From Stylophora pistillata (lineage: Eukaryota), in assembly GCF_002571385.2 (NCBI RefSeq), contig NW_019218050.1, forward strand, positions 152,333 through 216,332: a DNA stretch of 64,000 nt, written 5' to 3'. Positions 1 through 13,400 of this stretch are shown here, piece by piece; within the stretch, counting starts at the first letter, position 1, and every line of letters begins with the position of its first letter. Both the position numbers and the translations under genes were made by a program. The notes under the pieces are model-generated. The model saw nothing but the letters and a program-made list of their open reading frames with translations. It did not search any database and was not told where the DNA came from.

Positions 1-60
1 CACACACGAGATTACTGTGTGATGGATGTCCTCCCCTGGGGTGGGATGGGTGGGTTAGGA
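1..60. repeat. Repeat fragment, inverted copy at ~39540-39603
   Basis: GAGATTACTGTGTG.TGGATGTCCTC.CCTGGGGTGGG matches the reverse complement of CCCACCCCAGGAGAGGACATCCACCACACAGTAATCTC. Confidence 0.75.
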
Positions 61-2633
61 CAGCAGGTCCATATCAGCTATTACAGCTGCCAATTAATCA
101 ACCTGCTTAAACAAATAAATGAACTTTAAAATGAAAAAACATGGCGGCGAAAAACAAGAACATGAAATCATGAATGTGGGCGGGTCCGTGAGCGGATGCC
201 CGCCCCACCCCTAGTTGCGGGTTCACTGTAAAAACATATGGCTGGGTTGAAAAAAAAGGAAAAGAAAAAGAAAAAATTGGCGATTCCGTAAAAGCCTTTC
301 CGGCAACCAGTTTGTACTACACGCACCACTCTTTTCATATATTTTACTTTTTTTTTATATCCGTTATTTCATTCTCTGATCGATTAATTCATTGTCACGT
401 ATTTATAATTTATCCATGTTTTTTGTGAACGCGTTCGTCAAATCACGGTATCGTCAATTTCAGTTTTTTTAGTTGTTATTGTTGCGAATTCATATCTAAT
501 CACCATATTTCTGGGTATAACGCTCAAACTTAGATATCGATCAATATTTTTCCTCACAAAATTTATGCACAAAAATGGAATTATTCCAATTCTTAGAATT
601 AGACAAAGTTGACTAGCTGAATTCTCGAGCAGCTGAATGGTTAACAAAGTAGGGTTCTGCTAGCGTGACTTTCCATCTTGTTTTCGTCCTGAATTGATTC
701 ATCGTGGTGAAGACTCGCACAGCATGTATGGGCCATGTGTCTTTGAGAGATCGTTACTGATATCAAAATGGCGCCGATTAATTAATCACCAGACAGTCTA
801 TGTTTGTCAATTTCTTTCACTGACACATTTCCATTATATCATTACAGCTGGTCGATTTAGGGATCTAAATAATCGTAACATAATGATTTCTTGTTAATTT
901 ATGACACGCAAAGACGAACAACTTTATCACTTCTATTGTTTTAGGTCACATTGCGTGTAAATTTTCAAGTATCTAAATTCGTCGCGTGACCTAGCGGAAC
1001 GGCTCAAATTTGTTTGTATGGTGGACAAAACTTTTCGAATTAAGCCGGTCCGACTGAAACTGCAAAAATATTCAAGAACTGGGATTATCGCTTGATTATG
1101 AAGGTCAAAGACAACAAGGACTCGCTGCTGCTCTAGGTCACTCAATAACTAAATAACAAAACAAAACAAACATATTACTAAGCTTTGAAATGTACAAGTC
1201 ATGTCACGGACTGTTGAGTAGGTCACCCGTGCGCAAATGACTTCCGAATCAAAACGACCATTTTCGTTCAGTCGGAAAAGTCTTCGTGATTGTTAACCTT
1301 CAATTCTGTTCGTGATTGACCCTTACCGTTAAAAAACATGCAGCTTCAAATAAAAGAAAGAAGGGACAACAAAGAGAGTAGCATTTCCTGTTTCTTTTTT
1401 GTGATCCGACTTCGGCAACGCCAAAATGACTGAACCCTGAAAAGCCCTTTGCTACCGCAAGATTCTTCTCTGCTTCTCTCCCATAGGTTACCTTCACCGG
1501 CGCGTATCCAACCGGAAGCTTAAGTGTAAACTTGTGAAGAGGTTTTAAAAAGGACTGGAATGTTCAGCTAAAAACAAAATATGCGGTTAACGTTTACAGG
1601 CAACGGACTTGACGCACTTCAGCGATGTGGTCAAAGATCTCATTGACGTTAATTAGAAACTGACCCGTTGACGACAAGAAATAATCCGCTCATTATTTAA
1701 GATTTATTTAAAGTTCCTTTCCCACAGTACTTGGCACAGTAGACTTCCCTGGCTAGAGGGCGAAGTGTTTTGTTTTGAAAGGAATGAGTATTGTTATGTA
1801 AGTTCCCATGTGTCATCGGATGGATCTTTGAGTCCTATTGTTTACGTTTCGAGCAGGAAAACCAGACTTGAAACCAAAACAAAATGATAAATTTACGAGA
1901 CAGACTTTGCCCCTAGTAAGTTTTACACGCTCAATCCGTTAGGCAGAGAGATATTGTGTAAATTTTTCAAGCTTAAAATCACAAAAAACTGAAAGGTCAA
2001 AAAGTAAAACGTTTCAGCTGAGGTTGTTTTGTTAAAATTTAAAAAATGTTATTGTCTGCGGTGGGAGAAAAGAGGCAAAGTGCTAATTTCATAATCATTA
2101 ACGTCATTCCATGGGGACTCGAGTATTTTTATACATTTTGTTATTGCTTTCTAAAAACTTCTCACGTTGATGTTGGTCGAGTTTCCCAAATTCACACGTA
2201 ATCGTCGAGGTTTTTCGCGCATTTTTTGTTCGAACGCAGCCGACTCTCACATGTGATCAAAATCAACCAATTACAAACGTGCGACGGTCTTGAAACAAAC
2301 AACTTGGACAAACAGCATGGTAGTGACTGAAGAATAGTTGAAGTGGAAAGTTCCTTGTTTTTCACAATTTTGCTCAGAACTGCTTTTTTGTTCTTGATGA
2401 TGGGGAATGCACGGAGAATGTGAGGGCACATGTATTTAGCTTAGCACAGCTGAGCGAAGATGTAATTTACATGTATGGGACAACTGGGCTTGACATCTAA
2501 ATCTGTACTTGGGTAATGTTACGTGTAATGGTGGTTGTTTATTTCAGCTGATTTAGCCTAAAGTAATGGAAAGATACGTTTTAAACCTCGGCTCCGCGTA
2601 TGGGGTGCACTGTAGTAAAGAAATAAATGGAAA

Positions 2634-5600
2634 ATGCATTCTCTGAAGAGACGTTTAAGCCAGAGATGGCATCGAACAGACAACGAGGCCGCGGTCGCCG
2701 AATCTTGTCAGAATGAGAATGTCGAAGAAGCCTTACTCACTTCTCAGGCAACTGCGCTTTTACCCCACACAGAAAGTGCTTGTCGAGCGGTGGAGGACTA
2801 CAGTACAGGAGAGCTACATTTTATTGTAGACTATGTCGGCTCTGCACAGATATCTGAGGCGAAATCTGTAACGCGAATGATGGAAACCCTGAAGAGGATT
2901 AAAAAACAACAGATACGAAGTATCAGAGTTAATTTCACAATACGGGACGGGATTCTTTTAGTATCTAGCGTAGATTCTAACTCTCTGATCCTTACAGCGC
3001 CGCTATATGCTATCGCGTTGTGTGTTCAAGAGCAGCTTCGGGGATTCGATAGTACTTTCGGCTTGAATATCACGCGAAAGAAAACCCATATGTGTCACGT
3101 TTTTCAAGCTGGATCACAACTGGAGGTAAGCCGAACACTAGATTGTCAATATATTGAAGTTGTTTACATCAGTTAGTAGAGTGCTGTATTTTGATTTCTC
3201 TCCGGCGAAAGTATTTAGGTGTACTATGTTTATATTCTTTTACGTTTTTGTCAGGAAAGAAAGGGACTTGAATCAGTGAATAACAGCTGTGTTTGTGTGA
3301 GTTTTATTTAGTGGAATGCCCTCATCAATCGCCTTTCCTCCTTACGGAAAGCAGGGGTAAAAGAAACGCGCGTCTGAGAACCAAAGGAATGTCTTCTTTT
3401 AAAATAAAATCACAGAAATCTAGAACGTTCAGGGTTTTGATGTATCTTTTGACGAAGGTGTCGGCTCTATTTATGTTTTGTAGAGGGAAAGGCGAAAACC
3501 CGCCTCTTTGAAATCAACATGTACGCCATGAGAAGTTCTTGTTTGTCACGCTACGAATTAATGCAAACCTGCATTCATTTAATTTTCAAAAATTTTCCAT
3601 TTTCGTGAAACAACGGGGAGATAGAGCGAAATGTTAATTCAGTTGTCACAGCGCAGTATTTTGTTGTTCTGAACATTTGACAAATGATTAAAATTGGCCA
3701 ACTTCTATTATTTTTTTAATGGTAATTGATTACAACAGAAGTGTATGTTACATTTTAAAATCCTTTCGATTCTACCCTAAGGCTTCTCGCAAATTGTTGT
3801 TTTGGAAATTCTGTCATCGGGCGATTGAATTCTTGCCAGATTGTAGCGTTTAGTGTTCTTTTCCCGTCTGAAACCTAAATATGCTTCTCTTTGTACTGCT
3901 TTGTATTATGAGTGGAACTTTGGACAGTGAAAATTTTAAAAGAATGTATTTCAACTTGTTTACGTACTGTTATTTGGCTTACGGGCTGTTTATGCTAATA
4001 ATATACGTGGTTATTATTCCGCTTCTACTTTTAGCTCGGAACGCCACTTTCGTTTCGTAATGACTTACAGATCTTTTTAAAGTCATACTTCAGGGTAGTA
4101 TGTAAGATGGCTTTCTGTGCTCTGATTTAGTTTTAATATGTACAATAGTAAGAATGTTTTGGTTTTGCACATGAGCGATTTCATCCAATTTAAAGCAGAA
4201 AAAATTTGGACTAAGAAAATGATGATAGCTGGTTTGTTCCATGAGAAAGATTAAGCTTTCATTTTTTCGACCTAGATGAATGAATTTTAATTCATTTTAC
4301 ACAGCCAAAGAAAAGAACAAGTTTGATCGGAAGAATTGCCCCTTTCAGCGGTAGCTACCCTTTTGTAACCTTTTCAAAATTATGTAAGAGTGGCCTGCGG
4401 AATCCAAGCTGATGTGTTTGACAATCATACATTACATACTCGTGTTATGTAACTTGATAGAGAAGTGATTGACTGGCCTCTGACCTGTTACATAACTGAA
4501 AATTAGTTGTTATGATTTACAAACTAAGAGGTGAGAATTCTCCCGGTGCCAAAAATCATGGATTAATGACGCATCTCTTTGCCTTAATTTAGATTTCTTT
4601 AACATGTTTGGAAATATTGAGTTAATTTCATGTTCTTTGGTTAAAAAATGCAAAGATGAAACCTTATTTCAAACTTGTTCACTTGTCAATAACTGATATT
4701 TGTTGATAACTCTTTGTGATCCTGTGTGGATAAAATTTCACTTTATGTTTATTTTTCTCATTAGTCATCCAAAATATCATCAGTTTGACAGATCTCCAGT
4801 TAAAGGGGTCACTTGTATTGTTCTTGTATAGGTCTTGCTTTTTGTCCAGCATTGTTTCTTGTGCAAAACAATAGGGCATCTTAAGTTTCAGATCGAGTCA
4901 GAGCATTAGTTAATTTATAGGAAAATTCAAAAAGTTTAATGGGCCGGTATAATTTTTCATTTTGTTCCACTTGATTAGGAAGAAAAAAGAACTCTTGTTT
5001 GTCATCTTAATACTGTGTTGAGATGTGTTTTTTCTGGGGCTTTCCCCGATTGACAAGAAAACAAGAAATATTGCTCTCTTAATGAGAAATATGCTGAGGG
5101 CAGACAAGGGAATAATTAATCCAGGACTCTTCATTAATATTTTCTATTTTCTTTATTTTGTATCATTGAAACTGGTGGAATCATCTGAAGCATGGTATTT
5201 TAAAACTTTAGGATATTTATCTATTATAATCATATGTCAGAGTTCAATCCTTTTGATTTTGTGTTATTAGACAATGTTCTCCAGAAGCACAGGCTACCAG
5301 CATTTTTGCTGACTGCTTCTTTCTGAAGGGCTGGCTTCTTTGATTAGAGAAAGCAATGAAGTACCAGTCTTGATCTGAAATAGATTTCATCCTTCGGCGG
5401 CCAGAGTCTTTTTATGATAAGTTACCAAAAATTCCATGGAATTGAACACTGGATTCTGTTGCTACTCACGGTGTTCATGAACAGCTACAGGGTGGGGAAA
5501 AATCTTATTTAATTATTGGTATAGTTGTTCAGGTGGTTGTGGAGTTTCATGCACTCTGATTCTTCGAGGAAGATGTTATTTCTAGCAATCTGGCTATATT

Positions 5601-8600
5601 TCAAAATAGCTCTCTTTTTTTTTTTGTCAGAGTTGTAGATAAAGAGAAAAATACCCATATATTAGTTATTTAACTTCCAAAGAGCATAAAAGGTGCTTGT
5701 TAGTTTGTTGTTACACTTTTAAGAGGTAGGATACAAAATTTTGCAGATAAAGTTAGAAATATTCCAAAAACTTTTCCATCAGATTGTGTATCTGTTCTCT
5801 GCTGATTTATAGTTTAGAAGGGAAAAAAAATATGAAATGAGATTTACATTTGTGTTCTGAAAATCACCTGAACAGCCACTAGAACAATAATTTACTCTGG
5901 GCACATTGGACATTGTTGAATAATCCGCTAGACCTCATCCAAGGGATTATATTCACTTTCAACAAATTTTCAAGTATTGTAAGCATCCAATGGTCTTTTG
6001 TTCTTATTTCAGGCAGCTAGTATTGTGAGAACTGTGGCTCTAGCCTTCAAAGCCATTGGCAAACTAACCAGAGAAAAAGTGGAAAGGGAATCACGTAGGG
6101 CTAGAAGAACTTACTCTGTCAGTAGTTCTGAGCGTACTCGCACTAACTCTGAAGTCTCAACAACTTCTACAATTGGCAGTTCATCTCTAGAACATAGACA
6201 TCCTCATGTAAAGTGGAAACATGGCATTGAAAGTTCATCTGGTCGGAGATCTCCTCATGGGAAGAAATATACCAAAAGTTCCACCAGTCCCTCTATTCTT
6301 CGTCATCCCACCAGTACACACACTTCCGGACGGCATGTTGAATTTTCTGCATTGTCACCTGTGCCTTCTGATGGTAGTGACAGCGATGGCAAGGAGGCAT
6401 CTGCTCTGCAGTTAAAACAACCTCTTCTCAATTGCCAAATCTCTGTTCAAGCTGATATACATACATACCCATCCACTGAGGACGAACCTCCCATATGGGT
6501 GAAAAGAGCAGAGCCAATGAGAAGGACTGGTTTGTCAGATGTGGAAAATGATGCAACTAAGGCTAGTTCTTCAAAACATGAACCATCTATGAGATTTAAC
6601 CACACAGAAGAAATGCAACCTCAGTTTTCAGAGCCTATCATTGCAACAGAAAATTCACCCCCTACGCTTTCTCCTCCAATAAAACAAAAGAATAATTTTT
6701 CAGGTGATTTTTCTGGGGACAGAAAAATTAGAAAAAGTAGGAAGCTGGAGCTGCAGGAGGTCCCAGAGAAAAATTTGAGAGAATATGACACCTCAGTTTG
6801 CATTGAGAAGGAAGTTGCCACAGAAAACTTTGTCGTGCCTTGGACAACTGCTCTCCTTCCCAATGAGACCTTTCAAAAAGACACTGTTAACTCCCCCGAT
6901 AGTCTATCATCAAATTTTGCCAAGTACAGAGGAAATCAACCTCAAGACATGTCCTTACCTTTGTCTGACAGTGAAGGACCAGAAGATCTTGATGCAATCC
7001 ATGATACAGTAGCTGCTGTGCAAAAAGGGGAAAAGACAGTTGTTGAGAAGTTTATTGACAGTGGCATATCTGTAGATTCCCATGACTCGGCTAGGAGAAG
7101 TTTATTATACTATGCTGTGTCGCTAGGTGATGTAGAGATGTCACAGTTTCTGTTGAAGAGGTGAGAGCATATAATTATGTTTTCTCTTGTAGTCAATAGT
7201 AATTATGGTTGTTGACAGAGGATTGGCATTTCCTTCAGACCTCTACAAATCAAACACTTCAATCATAGATCTACAGCTGATATGTTTCTCTCAGAAATCA
7301 CTTCTTTGTTCTAGTTTTTGCAACTGTTTCTTTATATTTAATTGGATATTTTAGAATGCCCCTTGATTAATTAAGTGTCATAAAACTGCAACCAAAGGAA
7401 TGACTGGTTAGATCACAACAACCTAAAATATCAAAACGTACCAATGGAAACTTGCAACAAACCCAAAAAACTGTGTCAAATGCAGGAAATTGCTCATGAC
7501 CAAGTTGCAGTTAGTTTTGGTTAAATTGCATTTGGTAGGTTATTGTCGGAGAGAACAGCAAATTTGTGGACTAGTAATATACAATGGTGAAGCAATCCCA
7601 GAGTACTACCTACACTCAAATAAAAAAATGCTCTGTTTGTTGTAAAAATAAAATCTTAACCAAGTCTCGAAAATTTAAAAATGGGTTACCAATTTTTCTG
7701 TTGCATCTGCCAGAGAAACAACCCCCATCTCTTGTGTTGATTTGAACTAAAACACTTGTGATTTTGCAGTAGCAAGCTTTGCCATGGGTTAAAGAGTCAA
7801 AACTGTTGAATATACACATATCTTATTAGACGTTTTGTTGTGTAGTATCGCTTAGTATTTTTAATAACAGGTTGTTGTACTTTGACGAGCCCGTAGGGCT
7901 AGTCAAAATACAAATAATGAGCAAAAGTACTCGATGATACTACACAACAAAATGTCTAATAAGAGATAGAGATTTATTATCCAAACATGACAGGACGGAA
8001 AACGCGTGCTCTGTAAGTACCTCCGGTTGTCCCATACAAAGCCTTGGAAAACTTTTCTAAGGCTTTGTATGGGACAACAGGAGGTACTTACAGAGCACAT
8101 GTTTTCCATCCTGTCATGACACCAAATTGTTATTTCAGTGTGGGCAAATTTCGTGGATATTTCTGTAGTACAAATATCGCGTGATATTTGTACTCGTCTC
8201 GTGCATTATTTGTACTCTCTGAAGCACAATTAAATACTAGTGTTTCATATTTATTAATTTAAATTTGTATTCTCATTGTTATTTCCCTAGGGGTGCAGAT
8301 ATAAACTGGGAAGGACCAGATGATAAGTCTCCTCTGCACGTTGCAGCATCAGCAGGAAACAGAGCTGTTACTCAGTTACTTCTTGGTTATGGAGCAAATG
8401 TTAGAGCTAAAGACAACAACTTGTATGTATTTACTAGATTTTTAACATCTGATTTTAATTTGCAAATTGGAGTATGAACTGCAGTAAACTACTTAGTAAT
8501 TCTTTTTGTGACCTCTTAAATTTGACAAACATATTGCTTTGTATTTTAAGTTTTTTTCCCCATTGGTTTATATATGGTTAGTTTTAAATTATGATTTATA

Positions 8601-10187
8601 GACATTTCTTGAATTTCCCTTTGATTTTCTTTATACTTCTGTTCTTTTCACAATACACTGAAATTTTTATAATCTCTTGAAATCTAAGGAAAAAGTGAAC
8701 AACAGAGGAAAAATTTGTGAAGCATTGATGGTTATTATTTATTGATGGAATTATTTTTTTATTGAATACTCTCCTCAAGATTCTTTGGTCAGAAGTTCTG
8801 TGTAATTCATGTCTTTACCTTGGTCTTGTAGTTGTACACCACTTCATATGTCAGCTGAACACAGGAGCAAGTTGGAAGTGTCCATCCTTCTGGTAGAACA
8901 TGGAGCAAGAATCTATGAGAACAATATCCATGGGGTGCGACCAGTTGACCTAGAACCGGTATGATTCTCTTCATTTCTTGACTGTGCTTATGTGGATGTG
9001 AAATTTTCAAGTGAAATTTGTGAGTGAGATGGTGAGGAATCCACCATGGGAGAGTGTTTACAGTCTTACTGAGCTCTACTTTGTAGCCATCAGCTACCAA
9101 CTTTAGTCTTTGGGAAACTTGTGTAAGTTTTGCCTTTAGAAATTCTTGTAAGAACTGGGCAAGCTAGATTTCTTAGACAAGGTACCGCCAATGAATTTAC
9201 CAGGAGTATGGTCTTGTTTTGTCATGAAATTGTTGCTCGTGAAGATGGGGATAATTACTTTCAGCTCACTTTTTTCACTGGTGGCAGGAATCTTAGAGAA
9301 ACACCCAAAAAATGACCTCCTAGAAATCAGATGAATAAATTTTTTCATTTGCCTTGTGCATTCAATTAATTTTGTATTTATTAGTTAGAGTTATGTTGCT
9401 CCACAGTCGTATGATGAGCTTGAAATTGAATACAGTCAGGGCCGTAGCCAGACTTAAGAATAAGACGAGGCAAGTTTCGGGTCTGGCATGCCTCCCCCAG
9501 AAAATTTTGAAATATAGAGGCTCAGAAATGCTCTTTCAAGCATTTTCTGTGGCACTTTTCTTTAGAAAAGTCCATCTTGGGCAAGTGTGGAAGTTCACTT
9601 TTTTATTGCCGAGCGATACTGGTGCAAAAAAAAAAGGGAAAAGGCCAAAATCAAGACGAGGCAATTGCCTTGTCTTGCCTCATGCTAGCTACGGCCCTGA
9701 CAGTCTGTGACCTGGTTTTGATAGTAGTTTGAGATGCCCTCTTTTTCCTTTTCAAACTGAATTTCCCCCCTCCCCCCCACAGGAGCTTAAAGAGATGCAG
9801 AGACTCCTTGTACAGTCAGCCTGTGAAGCTTTTGCTGCAGCAGACATTACCAAATCGCGATCAAATTCAGGAGCTTCATCAATCAACCAGGGTTCAGTCA
9901 GTTCAAATGTTAAATCTAAGGCTGGTGTGCAGTCACCTGCAACCGAGCGGGTATCTGCTTTACGAAGAGGACTGTTCCAACACAGAAGATCTTCAAGTTT
10001 GTGCTCCATATCGGGTGGGCATGGAAGTCCAGAGACTGGGAGAAGAAAGCACTGTATCAAGAGATCAGAAAGCATTCATATTGCCCGAACGCTGAGTCCT
10101 CTGCTTGGTAATAACCTGTCTTCTTTGTGTATTTTAGAAAGAATTCCAAAATACCTGAGCAGGGGTTGAACTGGGCTATAATTGAAA

Positions 10188-10220
<33 letters not shown>

Positions 10221-10231
10221 TAAGACTTTTC

Positions 10232-10272
<41 letters not shown>

Positions 10273-10371
10273 TCTCATATCTGTACATGGAAACATCTGG
10301 TTTCTTCATACAAAATAAAGTCAAGAAGATTTCTCTAATATCTTGGGAGCCTTTTTTTAATATAACAATTT

Positions 10372-10402
<31 letters not shown>

Positions 10403-13400
10403 TATAGCCAACTCGGCACTACGTGGCTCGTTGGCTATCTATCATCTCATATGCAAAGCCCTCATGGAATAATTGCTAATTAGCTAATCAACTGATTGAC
10501 TAGCATATGATTTGGTTAACCAGATTAACAAGTATTAAAAAACCAGTTTGTGTACCTTGAAACCCTGAGTTAGCACTTTAGAATTGCTTATAAATTGCTG
10601 GAATACAAGAGCACTTTTTTTCAGCCCATGATACTAATGCCAGGCAATTTCTTTACTGAGAGTAGTGCTTGATAATTATATACATAACAGTTATAAGTTA
10701 GACTGGCTAGAACACTTGCTAACAAATTATTGGTATTTATTTATGTGATTTTCTTGTTCTGACAGGGCTAATGCTTGAATGGTCAGCTTTACAAATTCTT
10801 CACTTTGTAGTAAATATACATGTTGTATTGATCACAGAATTAATTTTTGCTTCTTTTACAGCCAATTCTAGAAGAGGGGGCCTTATGCGCATGCATAGTT
10901 TTCACAGAACAACTCAGGATCAAACACAGACTGCTGACATACATGCAGATCAGACAGATCAGAAAAATTCTGCAGACCAGCAGCTTTCTGTTGTTAAACT
11001 AACTGACTCTCTGTTAGAAGGAGTAAACCTCAAAAAAGATTTTTCACGCAACAAAACAGCTATGGAATCAACAGTCGAGCCAAAGGAGACATGCATCTCA
11101 TCTGTAAACACAATAGATACACACACTGCAAATGCAGAAGAACAGAGAATGGATTCTGCTTTGAAGCTCGATCCTCCTGTTGAAACACTTGAGCAGAACA
11201 CAGCTGTAGTAACAATGCACCAATTTCCAAATGATGTTTTAAGTTCTGATTTTCAAACAAGTCCCTTAAAGCAATCATCAGACATGACTGGATCAAGTGA
11301 GCCCTTGCATGCTTCACCTGAAGCCAGTCTTCTCTCTCCTTTCATTCCAAAGAAACGTTCCATTGAAAAACAAAGACCTGTATCAGATCTCATTCAATTA
11401 GGGGAAAACCCAGAGGCTATTGAAGATAAAATAGGTTCAGTGGAAATGAATAAAGATGTTGTTGCTAATAATCTGCCTTCTGAAAAAGTTCAGCCCATAG
11501 AGGAAACCAGTGAAGCAAAAGGATTAGAAAGACAGCTGTCAAATCCTAGGCAGCCTAGTTTGGAGTCAGATCAGTCTGTGGTATGTATGAAATGTAACAA
11601 GTTATTTCAGTGCTTTAAGTAATAAAAATTATGCAAATTACAATGCAAAATCAATCTTAAATACTAATACTCCTGAAAGGATTAAATGTAAGTGACCTTT
11701 ACCCTTTGACCCCCGAAGTGACCTTTACCCTTTCACCCCGAAGTGGCCTTTACCCCTTAACCCCAAAGTGGCCTTTACCTTTTGACCCCGAAGTGACCTT
11801 TACCCTTTGACCACTAAAAAAGTTTACTATCTTATTCCTCCCTATATTACCACCCTGAATCAAGCATGTAGGTCACAGGAATAGCGAAAACAATCATCAA
11901 GTTAAGCTGTTCTTGATTGTTAAACAAATTCTCCTTGTCAGCACCTTAGGAAATTTATGGAGAACAGTATTGAGAATATGCATACTGATATTAGGATGTA
12001 AGAGGTAAAGTGTGGCAGTTGATGTAGACTTTTCTGAAAATTGAAACTGATGCATTTGCCTTTTTGTTTTTTTGTTTTTTTTCTTGTCTGTCAACTGACA
12101 GAGCTGTCGGAGAAGCACATCTGAATGTGAGGATAGCTCCTTTATAAGCACTGGCTCCAACTACATCAGAGATGTTGATCCTTTGATTGACGCTCTTCAA
12201 CCAGTGGTTCATCTGTCAGGCAATCCTGAATGCCACTCCAGTTTACTGGCTTATTTATGTCTTCCTAAAGCATCTGGTCAGCTCATTACCCTATCACACA
12301 TGGACTCTGGCTCATCTCTGATTAACAACCACATTGCAGTGCTGATTGGTAATCTTTTCAATGTGAGTAAAATGTTACTATTTAGGTGTGGATATGCCTT
12401 GTTTAATAGTGGGAGCAGAAGCTAAGATTTTATTTAACTTAATGCAGTTAAAGCATATTGCTAAAAATACACGAAAATAAATGGTTTAAGGGATTTAGAG
12501 AGTGATCTAAAGTAACAGGACAATGTTCTTTGTGTCTGAACAAGAAAGGACACTGGCCATCAAAATTTAGTCAGTGGATTGTCCTCAGTACAGCTAGTGG
12601 AATCTGGTCCCTATACTTTATGAAGGCCTTGTCCCTCAAAAAATTATTGTTTTATTTCAGAAAATCCTATTGAAAACCAGAATAAAGTTAAACTGATGGG
12701 TTACTTTCATTATTTTCATTTCCAGTTTAGTATTGTGAGAGCATGCATGTACTTTTATGAGAACGTTTTGTGCTCCCTCGTCAAATTTAGTGTGCCATAA
12801 TTTGGGAATTTTGCTTCTGATCAACAGCTGGAAGGGGCAGACAGCCGCAAGAGATCAGTTGAAGCTGGCCTCATTGAAACAGTTTTGAAACTTGTGGACA
12901 GTCCTGAACCTATTCAGGTGTGGAATCTTTATTAATGATTACTGGCACTTTGTTTCTATTGGCTCTCAAATTGGCGGATCACTGGGATCTCATGTCAAGC
13001 TTGCATCCACTTTTTGATTTAGACATGCTTTTGATTTCAAGAGGAATATTTACACTGTCATTTTTATTGATTTCATTGTAGCTTTCATTTGTTGTTCAAT
13101 AGGACAAGATCTTCATTTGGTTAGCAACTGCATTTAATTATCTTTGAAATTAAATCATAGAAAGACACTGATTTTGAACACCTTTATCACCTAACACAAG
13201 AACAAGAACACAAATGTGGCTACTTTGAAACAATAGCCAAACAAGATCTCAAAGAGAGGTTGTTTGTTGACAAGTGTTTTATTTTTTTTTACTTTAAATA
13301 GTTGTTGGCTTTAAAACTTTTTGTCCAGGATGCCTACTGTACTTCTAGAATTTTGAAGGATCTAGATCAAAATTAGAGAACCTTGGGCATTCTATGTTAA

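Noticed and set aside
11690-11815. CRISPR-like array
   Set aside because: Units are directly tandem with no unique spacers, the context is a eukaryotic intron, and no cas genes are present.
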